Source: Leptonemataceae bacterium (GTDB taxonomy: Bacteria > Spirochaetota > Leptospiria > Leptospirales > Leptonemataceae). From it: a DNA stretch of 64,000 nt. Shown one piece after another: positions 1 through 11,336 of the stretch. The stretch covers positions 4,128,001 to 4,192,000 of the forward strand of contig OZ245742.1 of the NCBI GenBank assembly GCA_965227295.1, in the 5' to 3' direction. Numbering within the stretch: the stretch's first letter is position 1; every line of letters begins with the position of its first letter. The position numbers were made by a program, and so were the translations under genes. The notes below the pieces were generated by a model. That model did no database searches and was not told the DNA's origin. It saw only the letters and a list, made by a program, of their open reading frames with translations.

Positions 1-36
1 TTCCCGGAGACACCGTCGTGATGCCATCGACCGCTC

Positions 37-2463
<2,427 letters not shown>

Positions 2464-2511
2464 AGGCAAATGTCTGTTGCGCCACGATTCGCCGTACATC
2501 TAATTGCTCGT

Positions 2512-4290
2512 ATGCGTTTTTGTCTTGTTGCCGTTTCGATTTTTCTGCTCGCCGCCTGCGGGCCGCGCCCCGTGGTTCTGGACGGCATCGAGGTGCCGGC
2601 CGGAGAACTCAGCCGGCCGAAGACCGGAAGTCACAGCCGCTACTGGACGCGCTCCCAAAAATACATGATCGCCACCGACGCCCCCGAGGCCTCCGCGGCC
2701 GGCGTGGAGATGTACGAGGCCGGCGGCAACATCGTCGACGCGGCGGTGGCCGTGAGTTTTGCCATTTCAGTGGTACGCCCGCAATCCACCGGTCTCGGCG
2801 GCGGCGGATTTTTGGTCCTGCACCTCGCCGATTCAGAACGCACCGAGTCTTTTGATTTTCGCGAGCGCGCGCCGCTCTCCGCTCACCGCGACATGTACCT
2901 CGACGAAGACGGTACGGTCTCCAAAGAAGATCAAGCGTCGCTCTTCGGGCCGCGGGCAGTGGGCGTTCCAGGAACCGTCGCAGGACTCGTGGAGATCCAT
3001 GCGAAGTACGGCAAACTACCGCTCGCGAAAACCATTGAACCGGCGCTGCGCCTGGCCCGGGACGGCTTCCCGGTTTACCCGGACTTGAAACGTTCCATTA
3101 TGCTGGCCCGGACGGACTTCGACGATGAGATGGCCCGGGTCTTTCTGCCCGGCGGACGACTCCCCGACGTCGGCGACGTTCTCGTACAAAGTGATCTTGC
3201 AAAGACATTAAGAATCGTAGCCGAGAACGGCAGGGCACCGCTCTATTCCGCGGACGGCGAAATCGCGAAGGCCCTGGCCGGGTACATGCAGGCGAACGGC
3301 GGTTTGATCACGACGAAGGATCTTACGCAGTACCGGGTCCTGGCCGGGCCACCGTTGCGAACGAAATACCGGGACCGTTTTGAAGTGGCGATTATGCCGC
3401 CGCCGTCCTCGGGCGTGTTCATCCTCGAGATGCTGCACATGCTCGAAACGAAAGACCTGCGTGCGCTTTATGAAAGCGACCGCGTGCAATACGAACACTT
3501 CCTGGCCGAGGTCTTTCGCCGGGGGTACGCCGATCGCGCCGCCTACGGCGGGGACGCACGCTTTTTTGACGTTCCCGCGGCGCAACTCACCTCGCGCCGG
3601 TACGCCCGGGAGCGAATTGCTAACTTTTCTCCGGAAAAAGTTACGGAAAACGCCGCGGTGGCGCCGGCAGTCCTCGCCCCGGCCCTCCCGGACGAATCCA
3701 ACGAGACCACGCACTTTTCGATCATGGACGCGGACGGCAACGCCGTGGCCTCGACACAGTCGGTGAACTACGGCTTCGGCGCCCGGGTGATGCTGCCGGG
3801 CTGGGGCATTGTGCTCAACGACACCATGGACGACTTCAGCAAGTCGCCGGGCGTGCCCAACGCCTATGGGTTGATCGGCGGGGAAGCCAACGCCATCGCC
3901 CCCGGTAAAACGCCGCTTTCGAGTATGTCACCGACGATCGTCTTCGACGAAGACGGCCGCGCTCTCATGGCCGTGGGCGCGCCGGGCGGCTCGCGCATTA
4001 TCACCGGCATCCTGCAAACCATGCTGCACGACCTCGATCTGGGTTTGCATCCCTACGTCTCCGTGGCCCGGGGACGCATCCATCACCAGTTTTTGCCGAA
4101 CAAGCTTTCCATCGCGGATTCTCCGCGCGGTCGGTCCCGGGCGGGCGCTCTGAAAAAACTGGGTCACGACACGGTCACGGCGCGCTGGCAGGCGAAAGTA
4201 TTTTTCGTGCGGCGGGATGAACAGGGCTTTGTCGGCGTTTCGGACCCGCGCGGGGACGGACAACCGATGGGCGAGCCGCCAGGGAATTAA
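2512..4290 (+). CDS. ggt: gamma-glutamyltransferase (lipoprotein)
   Basis: GLGGGGF, DFRERAP, VGVPGTVAG, autoprocessing ETTHFS, LNDTMDDFS, PLSSMSPT, GAPGGSRI, SDPRGDG. Lipobox LAAC follows ATG 2512; alternative start 2470. Confidence 0.95.
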   Translation: MRFCLVAVSIFLLAACGPRPVVLDGIEVPAGELSRPKTGSHSRYWTRSQKYMIATDAPEASAAGVEMYEAGGNIVDAAVAVSFAISVVRPQSTGLGGGGFLVLHLADSERTESFDFRERAPLSAHRDMYLDEDGTVSKEDQASLFGPRAVGVPGTVAGLVEIHAKYGKLPLAKTIEPALRLARDGFPVYPDLKRSIMLARTDFDDEMARVFLPGGRLPDVGDVLVQSDLAKTLRIVAENGRAPLYSADGEIAKALAGYMQANGGLITTKDLTQYRVLAGPPLRTKYRDRFEVAIMPPPSSGVFILEMLHMLETKDLRALYESDRVQYEHFLAEVFRRGYADRAAYGGDARFFDVPAAQLTSRRYARERIANFSPEKVTENAAVAPAVLAPALPDESNETTHFSIMDADGNAVASTQSVNYGFGARVMLPGWGIVLNDTMDDFSKSPGVPNAYGLIGGEANAIAPGKTPLSSMSPTIVFDEDGRALMAVGAPGGSRIITGILQTMLHDLDLGLHPYVSVARGRIHHQFLPNKLSIADSPRGRSRAGALKKLGHDTVTARWQAKVFFVRRDEQGFVGVSDPRGDGQPMGEPPGN

Positions 4291-4321
4291 TACATTATTG
4301 TAGAAATCATCTGAAAATCTC

Positions 4322-5893
4322 ATGTCCCTTCCGAAAACCCTCATTCACACCAGCGATCGTTTCGGCCTGGAGCGCGAGAGCCTGCGCGTCGATAGCCGGG
4401 GCCGCCTCTCGTTGAACCCGCATCCACGGGAACTGGGTTCCTCGCTTACATCCCCTTTTATAACGACGGACTTCAGCGAGTCTCAGATCGAGTTTACGAC
4501 GAGCGCCCACGCGAAACCCGACGCCGTGCTCCGGGAACTCGAACAACTGCAGTACTTCACGCAGGAAAACCTGGATCGTTCCGGGGAGTTGCTCTGGCCG
4601 CTCAGCATGCCGGCGGAGTTGCCCGCCGAGGGACGCATCCCCATTGCCTGGTACGGGCCCTCGGAGGTCGGCCGACGCAAACACGTGTATCGCCAGGGCC
4701 TGGCCCGGCGTTACGGCCGGCGCATGCAGACGGTCTCCGGCGTGCACTTTAACTTTTCCTTCGGCGCGGACTTCTGGCAGGAACTCGGCGACCTGGCGCT
4801 GCGAACGCCGGCCTACTTCGGGATGATCCGTAACTTTCAACGAAGAGCAGTTTATTTTCTGTATCTCTTCGGCGGCAGCCCGGCTTTCGATAAATCGTTC
4901 CTGCCGCAAACGGCCATGCACGGCGAAGCCCTCACCCGCCCCGCGGCCGCCGAAGACGAGCGCCTGCGGACCGTCGGCTCGCGGACCTTCTTCGGCGAGT
5001 TTGCGACGTCGCTGCGCCAGAGTGAGATCGGCTATACGAACAGCAATCAGTGCGAGCTGGCGATTTCCTACGACTCGCTCGAAGAGTACGTGAGCACCAT
5101 GTGTACGGCGGTCAGTCGGCCGAACCCGGCCTTCTCGCGCTGGAGTTTCGAGAAGGGTCAGCAGTTGAACGATCACTTCTTGCAGATCGAAAACGAGCAC
5201 TACGGCGTCATCCGACCCAAGCAGAATCTGCGCGACGGGGAACGACCGCTCACGGCCCTGGAACGCCGGGGCGTCGCTTACTTAGAAGTCCGATGCCTGG
5301 ACCTGGATCCGTTCTGCGCCGGAGGCATCGATCGCGACCGCATGGATTTCACGCATCTCGTGTTGATGCACTGCCTGGAAAGCCCGTCGCCGGGACTTTC
5401 ACGGAAAGATTGCAGCCGTCAGCGAGACGAACATAAAAAGGTCGCCTGGTACGGGCGCAAACCGGGCCTCAAGATCTTCGACCTGGCGGAACACAAGAGC
5501 GTGGCGCTGCGCGACGCCGGACGACGCTGGCTGGACGCCCTGGAAGGCATCGCGGAGCGCCTGGACCGCGAAAGCGGCGGCAATCGTTATCGGAGCAGCC
5601 TCGACAATCAACGCGCTAAGTTTGCCGAAGTAGAACTTACGCCGTCGGCGCGCATCGTACGGGAAATGCACGAACAAAAAGCCGGGCACATCGACTACGG
5701 CCTGGAACTCGCTCACCGCCACGCTCGCAGCCTGAAGGACTTCGGCCGGCGGCTCTCCCCGGCGGTCCGGCGCAAACTGGAAAGCGCGGCAAGTCGGTCC
5801 CTGGAGCGCCAGGCCGAAATCGAAGCCCGGGCCGCGGAATTGCCGGCCGCCGGCGCCGCCCCGGAAGTCTGCACCGCCGGCTCCGGCGGCTAG
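4322..5893 (+). CDS. gshA: glutamate--cysteine ligase
   Basis: GLERESLRV, ITTDFSESQIEFTT, WPLSMP, MQTVSGVHFNFS, ATSLRQS, LQIENEHY, YLEVRCLDLDPF. Confidence 0.95.
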   Translation: MSLPKTLIHTSDRFGLERESLRVDSRGRLSLNPHPRELGSSLTSPFITTDFSESQIEFTTSAHAKPDAVLRELEQLQYFTQENLDRSGELLWPLSMPAELPAEGRIPIAWYGPSEVGRRKHVYRQGLARRYGRRMQTVSGVHFNFSFGADFWQELGDLALRTPAYFGMIRNFQRRAVYFLYLFGGSPAFDKSFLPQTAMHGEALTRPAAAEDERLRTVGSRTFFGEFATSLRQSEIGYTNSNQCELAISYDSLEEYVSTMCTAVSRPNPAFSRWSFEKGQQLNDHFLQIENEHYGVIRPKQNLRDGERPLTALERRGVAYLEVRCLDLDPFCAGGIDRDRMDFTHLVLMHCLESPSPGLSRKDCSRQRDEHKKVAWYGRKPGLKIFDLAEHKSVALRDAGRRWLDALEGIAERLDRESGGNRYRSSLDNQRAKFAEVELTPSARIVREMHEQKAGHIDYGLELAHRHARSLKDFGRRLSPAVRRKLESAASRSLERQAEIEARAAELPAAGAAPEVCTAGSGG

Positions 5894-5912
5894 CTTTCAT
5901 TCAAGTAATCTT

Positions 5913-6911
5913 ATGAGCGAGTACACCCTCCCCGGATTCGAAGACCTCGAGATCTCGACGCAAATCGTGATTCGCGACGCCCGGGCCCGGGACATCCGGG
6001 TAGAGGTCCTGGATCGCAAGGCGCACTTCCTGCGACTCTCGAAGGGTGATCATGTTGAGTACGTGAAAGAGGCGAGTAAGACCCGTTTGGATTCGTACAT
6101 CACCTTTCTCTTGATGGAGCATAAGGAGATGTCGAAGATCATCCTGCAAGAAGGCGGCCTGCGCGTCCCGGCCGGACGGCAGTACCATGATCCCGAGGCG
6201 GTGTTCGCGGACCTGGAGTTCTGGAAGACGAAGCGGCCCGTGGTCAAACCCGTCGCCACGAATTTCGGCGTGGGCATCACGGTCTTCGCGGCGGACTTCG
6301 ACGACGACGCCTTCCGCGACGCCGTGCGGGAGGCGTTTTCTCACGGCGATTCCATCATCGTCGAAGAGTTCGCGGAGGGGGATGAGTTTCGTTTTCTCGT
6401 GATCGGCGACGTCTGCGCGGCCGTGGCAAACCGCGTACCGGCGAATGTTAAGGGCGACGGTACTTCTACGATTCGCGAGCTGGTGGTGAAGAAGAACGAG
6501 GACGTGCGGCGCGGCGTGGGACACGTGACGCCGCTGGAGAAGATCCAGCTCGCCGAAACGGAATTGAGTTACCTCAAGCGGCAGCAGCTGACACCGGAAG
6601 GCGTTCCGGACGCGAACGAGACGGTCTTTCTGCGCAAGAATTCGAACATCTCAACGGGCGGCGACTCCATCGATCGCACGGACGACGTGCATGCGAGCTA
6701 CAAGGACCTGGCCGTACGGGCGGCGGCGGCAGCAAACGCTAAGATCTGCGGAGTGGACATTATGATCCCGCACCCGGAACGGCCGGCCACGGCGGACAAC
6801 TACGCGATATTGGAGATCAACTTCAATCCGGTTCTGTACATTCACAATTTTCCGTACGAGGGAAAGAATCGCGACGTGGGGAATCTGATCCTGGATGCGC
6901 TGGGGTTTTAG
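5913..6911 (+). CDS. ATP-grasp glutathione synthetase; stand-alone C-terminal domain of GshF/GshAB
   Basis: LEISTQ, DHVEYVK, VVKP..TNFG.GIT, EFRFLVIG, RVPANV.GDG, LRKNSNISTGGDSID, CGVDIMI and LEINFNP match the GshF synthetase domain. Directly downstream of gshA. Confidence 0.85.
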   Translation: MSEYTLPGFEDLEISTQIVIRDARARDIRVEVLDRKAHFLRLSKGDHVEYVKEASKTRLDSYITFLLMEHKEMSKIILQEGGLRVPAGRQYHDPEAVFADLEFWKTKRPVVKPVATNFGVGITVFAADFDDDAFRDAVREAFSHGDSIIVEEFAEGDEFRFLVIGDVCAAVANRVPANVKGDGTSTIRELVVKKNEDVRRGVGHVTPLEKIQLAETELSYLKRQQLTPEGVPDANETVFLRKNSNISTGGDSIDRTDDVHASYKDLAVRAAAAANAKICGVDIMIPHPERPATADNYAILEINFNPVLYIHNFPYEGKNRDVGNLILDALGF

Positions 6912-6919
6912 GATGATAC

Positions 6920-6962
6920 ACTCCGAGGACCGGGGCAACCTCGGCCCCTCGGTCCTCGGAGT
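6920..6962. repeat. REP-like inverted repeat/hairpin between convergent genes (ACTCCGAGGACCG family)
   Basis: ACTCCGAGGACCGGGG (6920-6935) pairs with CCTCGGTCCTCGGAGT (6947-6962). The same motif occurs at 20983-21103 and 23717-23732. Confidence 0.8.
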
Positions 6963-7219
6963 CAAACCCCGGCCGTGAACTTAGCACGCAGATATTGAAT
7001 GATGTCCGCGCTCTCGTACATGCTCACGTCGCCGTCCGTAAGAAACGGTACCTGGTTGCGGCCGCCGATGGCCAGCATCTCCTCCCGGCCCTCGGAGCCG
7101 CGCGGGGCGTGTACGAGTTCGTAGTCCCGCCCTTCGGTGAGACCGAGGCGCCGCGCTTCGCTTACCACCATCACGCAGAACGGGCACGAGCTGGTCTGGT
7201 AGATGCGGACCACTTTCAA
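6962..7219 (-). CDS. glutaredoxin / GST N-terminal-like domain protein
   Basis: CPFC motif, QVPFL, MYESADIIQYL. TTG start abuts the grxD stop. Confidence 0.85.
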   Translation of the reverse strand: MKVVRIYQTSSCPFCVMVVSEARRLGLTEGRDYELVHAPRGSEGREEMLAIGGRNQVPFLTDGDVSMYESADIIQYLRAKFTAGV

Positions 7220-7540
7220 TTAGCCCAGCATCTTCTGGAGTTCGCCGGACTGCGCCATCTGCACGACGATGTCGTGACCGCCGACGAACTCGCCGTCGAC
7301 ATACAGCTGCGGGATGGTCGGCCAGTTGGCGTATTCTTTGATGCCCTGGCGTACGCCCTCGTCGGCCAGGACGTTGAAGGAACCGTAGTCCGCGCCAACC
7401 TGATTCAGGACGCTGACCACGCCCGCGGAAAAACCGCACATGGGTTGCTGCGGCGTTCCCTTCATGAACAGAAAGATTTTTTTGGATTTAATGTTGGTTT
7501 CGATTTTATCTTTCAGTGCTTCGTCCATTCTGATGCTCAC
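7220..7540 (-). CDS. grxD: monothiol glutaredoxin (Grx4)
   Basis: LFMKGTP, CGFS, WPTIPQLY, GGHDI. Start may be ATG 7528. Confidence 0.95.
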   Translation of the reverse strand: MSIRMDEALKDKIETNIKSKKIFLFMKGTPQQPMCGFSAGVVSVLNQVGADYGSFNVLADEGVRQGIKEYANWPTIPQLYVDGEFVGGHDIVVQMAQSGELQKMLG

Positions 7541-7578
7541 TTTGATGATATAGTTGTGCGTTGATCCGGCCCCGACAC

Positions 7579-7803
7579 TCAGGTTACCCGCGTTTCGAGG
7601 GCCAGCGCGTGCAACTCGCCTTTCAGTTCTTCCTGAAAGAGATCGTACACCATGCGGTGTTGCTGGATGAGCGGCTTGCCTTCGAAGCCGGCGTAAACCA
7701 CGATTGCTTTGATGTGCACGCCGTCGTTCATGGGATCCAGAATCTCCACCTGCGATCCTTCGAGACCCTGCTCAATGCGTTGCTGTACTTCTGCAATAGT
7801 CAT
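7579..7803 (-). CDS. bolA: BolA/IbaG family protein
   Basis: DGVH, FEGKPLIQQHRMVY, ELHALAL. ATG 7803 preferred over the longer ORF start. Confidence 0.9.
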   Translation of the reverse strand: MTIAEVQQRIEQGLEGSQVEILDPMNDGVHIKAIVVYAGFEGKPLIQQHRMVYDLFQEELKGELHALALETRVT

Positions 7804-7861
7804 ATTGTCTACACATGTAAGTAGCGCATTTCCGCGCATCCGAAAACCAAAAATTCCCCGC

Positions 7862-8539
7862 TCAGGCGGATTGTTTTTCCCGGAAGAGCCCCGCCACGTA
7901 AGCCCCCTGGTCCCGGGCATAGTCGAGATACAATTCCGTGAACTCCGGAACGACCGAAGTTTTTACCGACTCGTGCCCGAGCAGGCTCTCGGCCCACTGT
8001 GCGACCTTCGGCGCATTGTCGTAGAGATTCAGCGGTCGATCGAGGGCGTCTTGCAGTACGGCGAAACGCATGAAGAGCGGGGCCGCGGCGGCGTCTACTA
8101 ACGAAAACTCCGCTCCGTTAAAAAACGGTCCCGTGACGACTTCCTCCAGGCGTTCCAGTTTGTTCCGGGCGGCGGCCAGGCTGTCCTCGAAGCCGGCCTC
8201 GTCTTTCGCAATGAAGTTGCGGTACTGGTCCATGAGAATCTGCGAGGTGAACTCGATCCAGGCCCGGTTCTTCGCACGCTGCAGCGGTTCGGCCGGATGA
8301 TACTGCGGCGGGTTGGTTTCGTCGAGGTACTCGTTGATGACGGCGGATTCGAAGAGCACGTCGTCGCCGACCTGCAGGACGGGGACCTTGCCCAGGGGCG
8401 AGAGCTTTAGGAACCAGTCGGGTTTGTTGGAGAGATCGATGTAAGTGACGTCGTGGTCCACGTCCTTTTCACGCAGGGTGATGACCGAACGCTGCACGAA
8501 CGGGCAGATCTTGAAGCTGATTAAGTGCGGTTTACTCAT
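7862..8539 (-). CDS. glutathione S-transferase family protein
   Basis: CPFVQR, KPDWFLKLSPLGKVPVL, LFESAVINEYLDE, FSLVDAA. Confidence 0.92.
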   Translation of the reverse strand: MSKPHLISFKICPFVQRSVITLREKDVDHDVTYIDLSNKPDWFLKLSPLGKVPVLQVGDDVLFESAVINEYLDETNPPQYHPAEPLQRAKNRAWIEFTSQILMDQYRNFIAKDEAGFEDSLAAARNKLERLEEVVTGPFFNGAEFSLVDAAAAPLFMRFAVLQDALDRPLNLYDNAPKVAQWAESLLGHESVKTSVVPEFTELYLDYARDQGAYVAGLFREKQSA

Positions 8540-8551
8540 TGTTAACAATCC

Positions 8552-8824
8552 TTATGTATCGGGCGCGTTGGTATGCAGGGCCAGGGCATGAACGCCGTCG
8601 CGCAGTTCGTCGGCGAGGAGTTCGTAGACCAGGCGGTGCTGCTGTACCATACTGAGGCCGCGGAATTTTTCCGCCACAATGCTCACGCGAAAGTGTGATT
8701 CGCCGCTGCCAGGGGAACTCGCGTGCCCGGCGTGGGCGTCGCTTTCGTTGGCGACTTCCAGCCGGGCCGGCTCCAGCGCCGATTTCAGTTTGGCCTCGAT
8801 GCGCGCCTGTATGGTTGGAATCAT
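8552..8824 (-). CDS. bolA: BolA family protein
   Basis: NESDAHAGH, ESHFRVSIV, QQHRLVY, GVHALAL. Confidence 0.92.
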   Translation of the reverse strand: MIPTIQARIEAKLKSALEPARLEVANESDAHAGHASSPGSGESHFRVSIVAEKFRGLSMVQQHRLVYELLADELRDGVHALALHTNAPDT

Positions 8825-8838
8825 GCTGTGGCTCCTGG

Positions 8839-9870
8839 TTACGCGGGATGCATGAATTCTCGAAGCAGCACCGTGGCGTAGCTCCCCGGTCTTAGAAAAA
8901 AGCGAAATCGCAGGCCATCGTCCACCACGGCGTGGGTGAACTCCAGCTCGTCGCAGGGGATGCCGGCCGCGCGCCGGCTGCCCTGAAGCTCGCGGTGTTG
9001 CAGGACGGCCCGGCCCTCGTCGCTCGTCGGGTCCAGGATCATGTCTTCCAGTTCCGCGGGGCGGCCGGTGGGCCGGCGCATCTTACTGCCGTAGAGCGGA
9101 CCGGTGAAATCGATCTCGTGTGATTGGAATCGCTCCCGGTCCACGGCCGGGTCCTCGACGACGAAGATGCCGCCGGATTCGGTCTTCCGCGCGACGTCGC
9201 CGGCCAGGATGTCCGCGAAGAGTTCGTGTTCGATGCGTAACGCGAGCCAGCGATTGAAGAGGTCGGACTGATAGGCCGACAACAGAAGCTTCGCGAGCCA
9301 GCGGGACGGCCGTTTGCCGCGTTTCAATACCAGGTCCCGGCCGCGCAGAGCGTTGTCACCTTCGGCACCGAAGCGTTGTTCGCCGTAATAATTCGGTAAC
9401 CGTCCGCCGCTGAAGTACTCCTGTTTGCGTTGCAATCGTTCGACTGCATCCGGGACGACGTCGCGCAACAGAATGTCGAAGCGGTTCCCGCGCAAATGAC
9501 CGGTCTTCAGTTTGTTGCGATGCCGCGAAGCGCTTTCAATGTTTACGCCCAACTCGCTTTCCATGCGGCGGGCGACGTCTTCCGGATCGGCGGTGTGCAG
9601 GTGCAGCGAGAACGTCTGCGTCGTACGCGCGTGGCGATCCTTGAGGCCGGCGGTACCAATGCCCCTGTCGGAAATTGCAAAGAGGCGCGTGAGATCTTTC
9701 ACGAGGTCGCGGGTGTTGCGGTCTTCGCGGGTGAGGCGTACGTAGACGTGCTCGCCTTCCCCGCACGGTTCGTAGAGCGGTTCCTCTACGACGATGAAGT
9801 CGGTCGCGGATTGTTTGAGCGTGCCGCCGGTGCCGGGAAGATGCGCGCTGAGAATCGGATGGTCGAGCAC
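8839..9870 (-). CDS. truD: tRNA pseudouridine(13) synthase
   Basis: DFIVVE, GEGEH, AGLKDRHARTTQ, GHLRGNRFDI, PNYYGEQRFG, PGSYAT. Start uncertain (GTG 9870 or TTG 9909). Confidence 0.93.
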   Translation of the reverse strand: MLDHPILSAHLPGTGGTLKQSATDFIVVEEPLYEPCGEGEHVYVRLTREDRNTRDLVKDLTRLFAISDRGIGTAGLKDRHARTTQTFSLHLHTADPEDVARRMESELGVNIESASRHRNKLKTGHLRGNRFDILLRDVVPDAVERLQRKQEYFSGGRLPNYYGEQRFGAEGDNALRGRDLVLKRGKRPSRWLAKLLLSAYQSDLFNRWLALRIEHELFADILAGDVARKTESGGIFVVEDPAVDRERFQSHEIDFTGPLYGSKMRRPTGRPAELEDMILDPTSDEGRAVLQHRELQGSRRAAGIPCDELEFTHAVVDDGLRFRFFLRPGSYATVLLREFMHPA

Positions 9871-10003
9871 GGGGCGAGTCTGAGAGTTCGAGGCGTTACC
9901 GCAATTCAATTAAGCCGCAGTGACCTTGCCCCCGTAATTCGGTCCACTCTGAAGGTGAAAATCCTCTTGTACACGAGACAGTGAAGAAACAAGAGGTAAA
10001 CCA

Positions 10004-10270
10004 ATGAAGCGAAAGAGATTCACCGAAACGCAGATCCACGCGATCCTGAAGGAGTCGGACGCGGGGCTGGGCACGGCCGAGTTGTGCCGCAAGTACGGCA
10101 TCAGCCAGAACACATTCTACCGCTGGAAGTCGAAATACGGTGGAATGGAATTGAGCGAGCTGAAGCGGATCAAGCAGCTCGAAGACGAAAACGCGAAGCT
10201 GAAACGGCTCGTAGCCGATCAGGCTCTGGACATTCAGGCGTTGAAGGTCGTCGTCGAAAAAAAGTGGTAA
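10004..10270 (+). CDS. IS3 transposase OrfA (HTH)
   Basis: [46 protein letters not shown]. Confidence 0.95.
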   Translation: MKRKRFTETQIHAILKESDAGLGTAELCRKYGISQNTFYRWKSKYGGMELSELKRIKQLEDENAKLKRLVADQALDIQALKVVVEKKW

Positions 10271-11097
10271 GCCGTTCGCAGCGTCGTCGCGCCATCGATC
10301 TGATGATCGAACTCGCGGCGATCAGTGAACGGCGTGCATGCCAACTCATTCGCATGGCTCGTTCCGCGTACCGGCGAAAGCCACAACGACCGGACGACTC
10401 TGAACTGCGCAGCCGCATCCGTGAAATCGCGTTCCGGCGCCGCCGCTACGGTTACCGCATGATCACGGACATGATCAGGATGACCTTCACGGTGAACCAC
10501 AAGCGCGTCTATCGCATCTACAGCGAGGAAGGGCTGAAGCTGCGCCGCCGACGCAAGAAGCGGCGTGTGGCTCCGGAACAGCGTCGACCGCTGGTGCCGG
10601 CGCCACGTCCGAACATTCGCTGGTCCATCGACTTCGTGTCGGATGTGATGCGCGGTGGCCGTAGGTTCCGCGTGTTGAACATCATCGACGATTGTACGCG
10701 CGAGTATCTACGAGAAGTCGTCGATACTTCCATCAACGGTAAGCGCGTGCGACGTGAACTTAGTGCGCTGGTCGAGATGATCGGGCGCCCCGCTCAGATC
10801 GTGCTCGACAACGGCCCCGAGTTCGTCTGCAACACGCTTGCGGATTGGGCGGAGGAGATCGGCGTCGAACTCGCGCACATCGAGAAAGGCAAGCCGCAGC
10901 AAAACGCGTTCGTCGAAAGCTTCAACGGCCGCTTCCGGGACGAGTGTCTGAACGAGCACCTGTTCCAGAGCCTGGCAGACGCACGCAGGATCATCGCGGA
11001 GTGGCGGGAGCACTACAACAACGAACGTCCCCATAGTGCGCTGGGTGGCATCCCGCCGAAGTTGTTCGCAAAGAGATTCAAATCAAATGCAGCCTGA
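10264..11097 (+). CDS. IS3 transposase OrfB (DDE integrase core), expressed by -1 frameshift
   Basis: [54 protein letters not shown] at 10257-10264. Confidence 0.95.
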   Translation: MVSRSQRRRAIDLMIELAAISERRACQLIRMARSAYRRKPQRPDDSELRSRIREIAFRRRRYGYRMITDMIRMTFTVNHKRVYRIYSEEGLKLRRRRKKRRVAPEQRRPLVPAPRPNIRWSIDFVSDVMRGGRRFRVLNIIDDCTREYLREVVDTSINGKRVRRELSALVEMIGRPAQIVLDNGPEFVCNTLADWAEEIGVELAHIEKGKPQQNAFVESFNGRFRDECLNEHLFQSLADARRIIAEWREHYNNERPHSALGGIPPKLFAKRFKSNAA

Positions 11098-11174
11098 GGA
11101 TTTACACCAAAAGAACTGGACCTGATGTTGGGGGCAGGTCAGCAGGAATTCGCGCAGATCACAGGCGGTTGTGT

Positions 11175-11303
11175 GGGGGTAGCGGAGAACCGAAAGCGAC
11201 ACGGCAGGGCTGCCCGGAGGGTGGCCCGGTCGCCGCAGGCGAGCCGTGGCGCGGTCGCGCGCAGCGCGATTCGGGTCGGAGCGAGGGGGAGCGTAGCTCC
11301 CCC
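11175..11303 (+). repeat. structured ~130-bp intergenic repeat with GNA-triloop hairpins (copy 1)
   Basis: Alignable with the reverse complement of 23374-23496, with compensatory changes in the stems. Confidence 0.85.
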
Positions 11304-11336
11304 ATCCAAAAACTCTAACTTCTTTTCTTCAGAAGC

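Larger units (their letters stand above)
9921..11141 (+). mobile_element. IS3 family insertion sequence (IS407-like), 1221 bp
   Basis: Imperfect terminal IRs: left TGACCTTGCCCCC...GGTCCA, right TGGACC...GGGGGCAGGTCA. GCAG is duplicated at 9917-9920 and 11142-11145. orfA/orfB with an A7G slippery site. Confidence 0.95.

Noticed and set aside
8839..9920. truD disrupted by the IS
   Set aside because: All TruD motifs and plausible starts lie outside the IS; the insertion is upstream.
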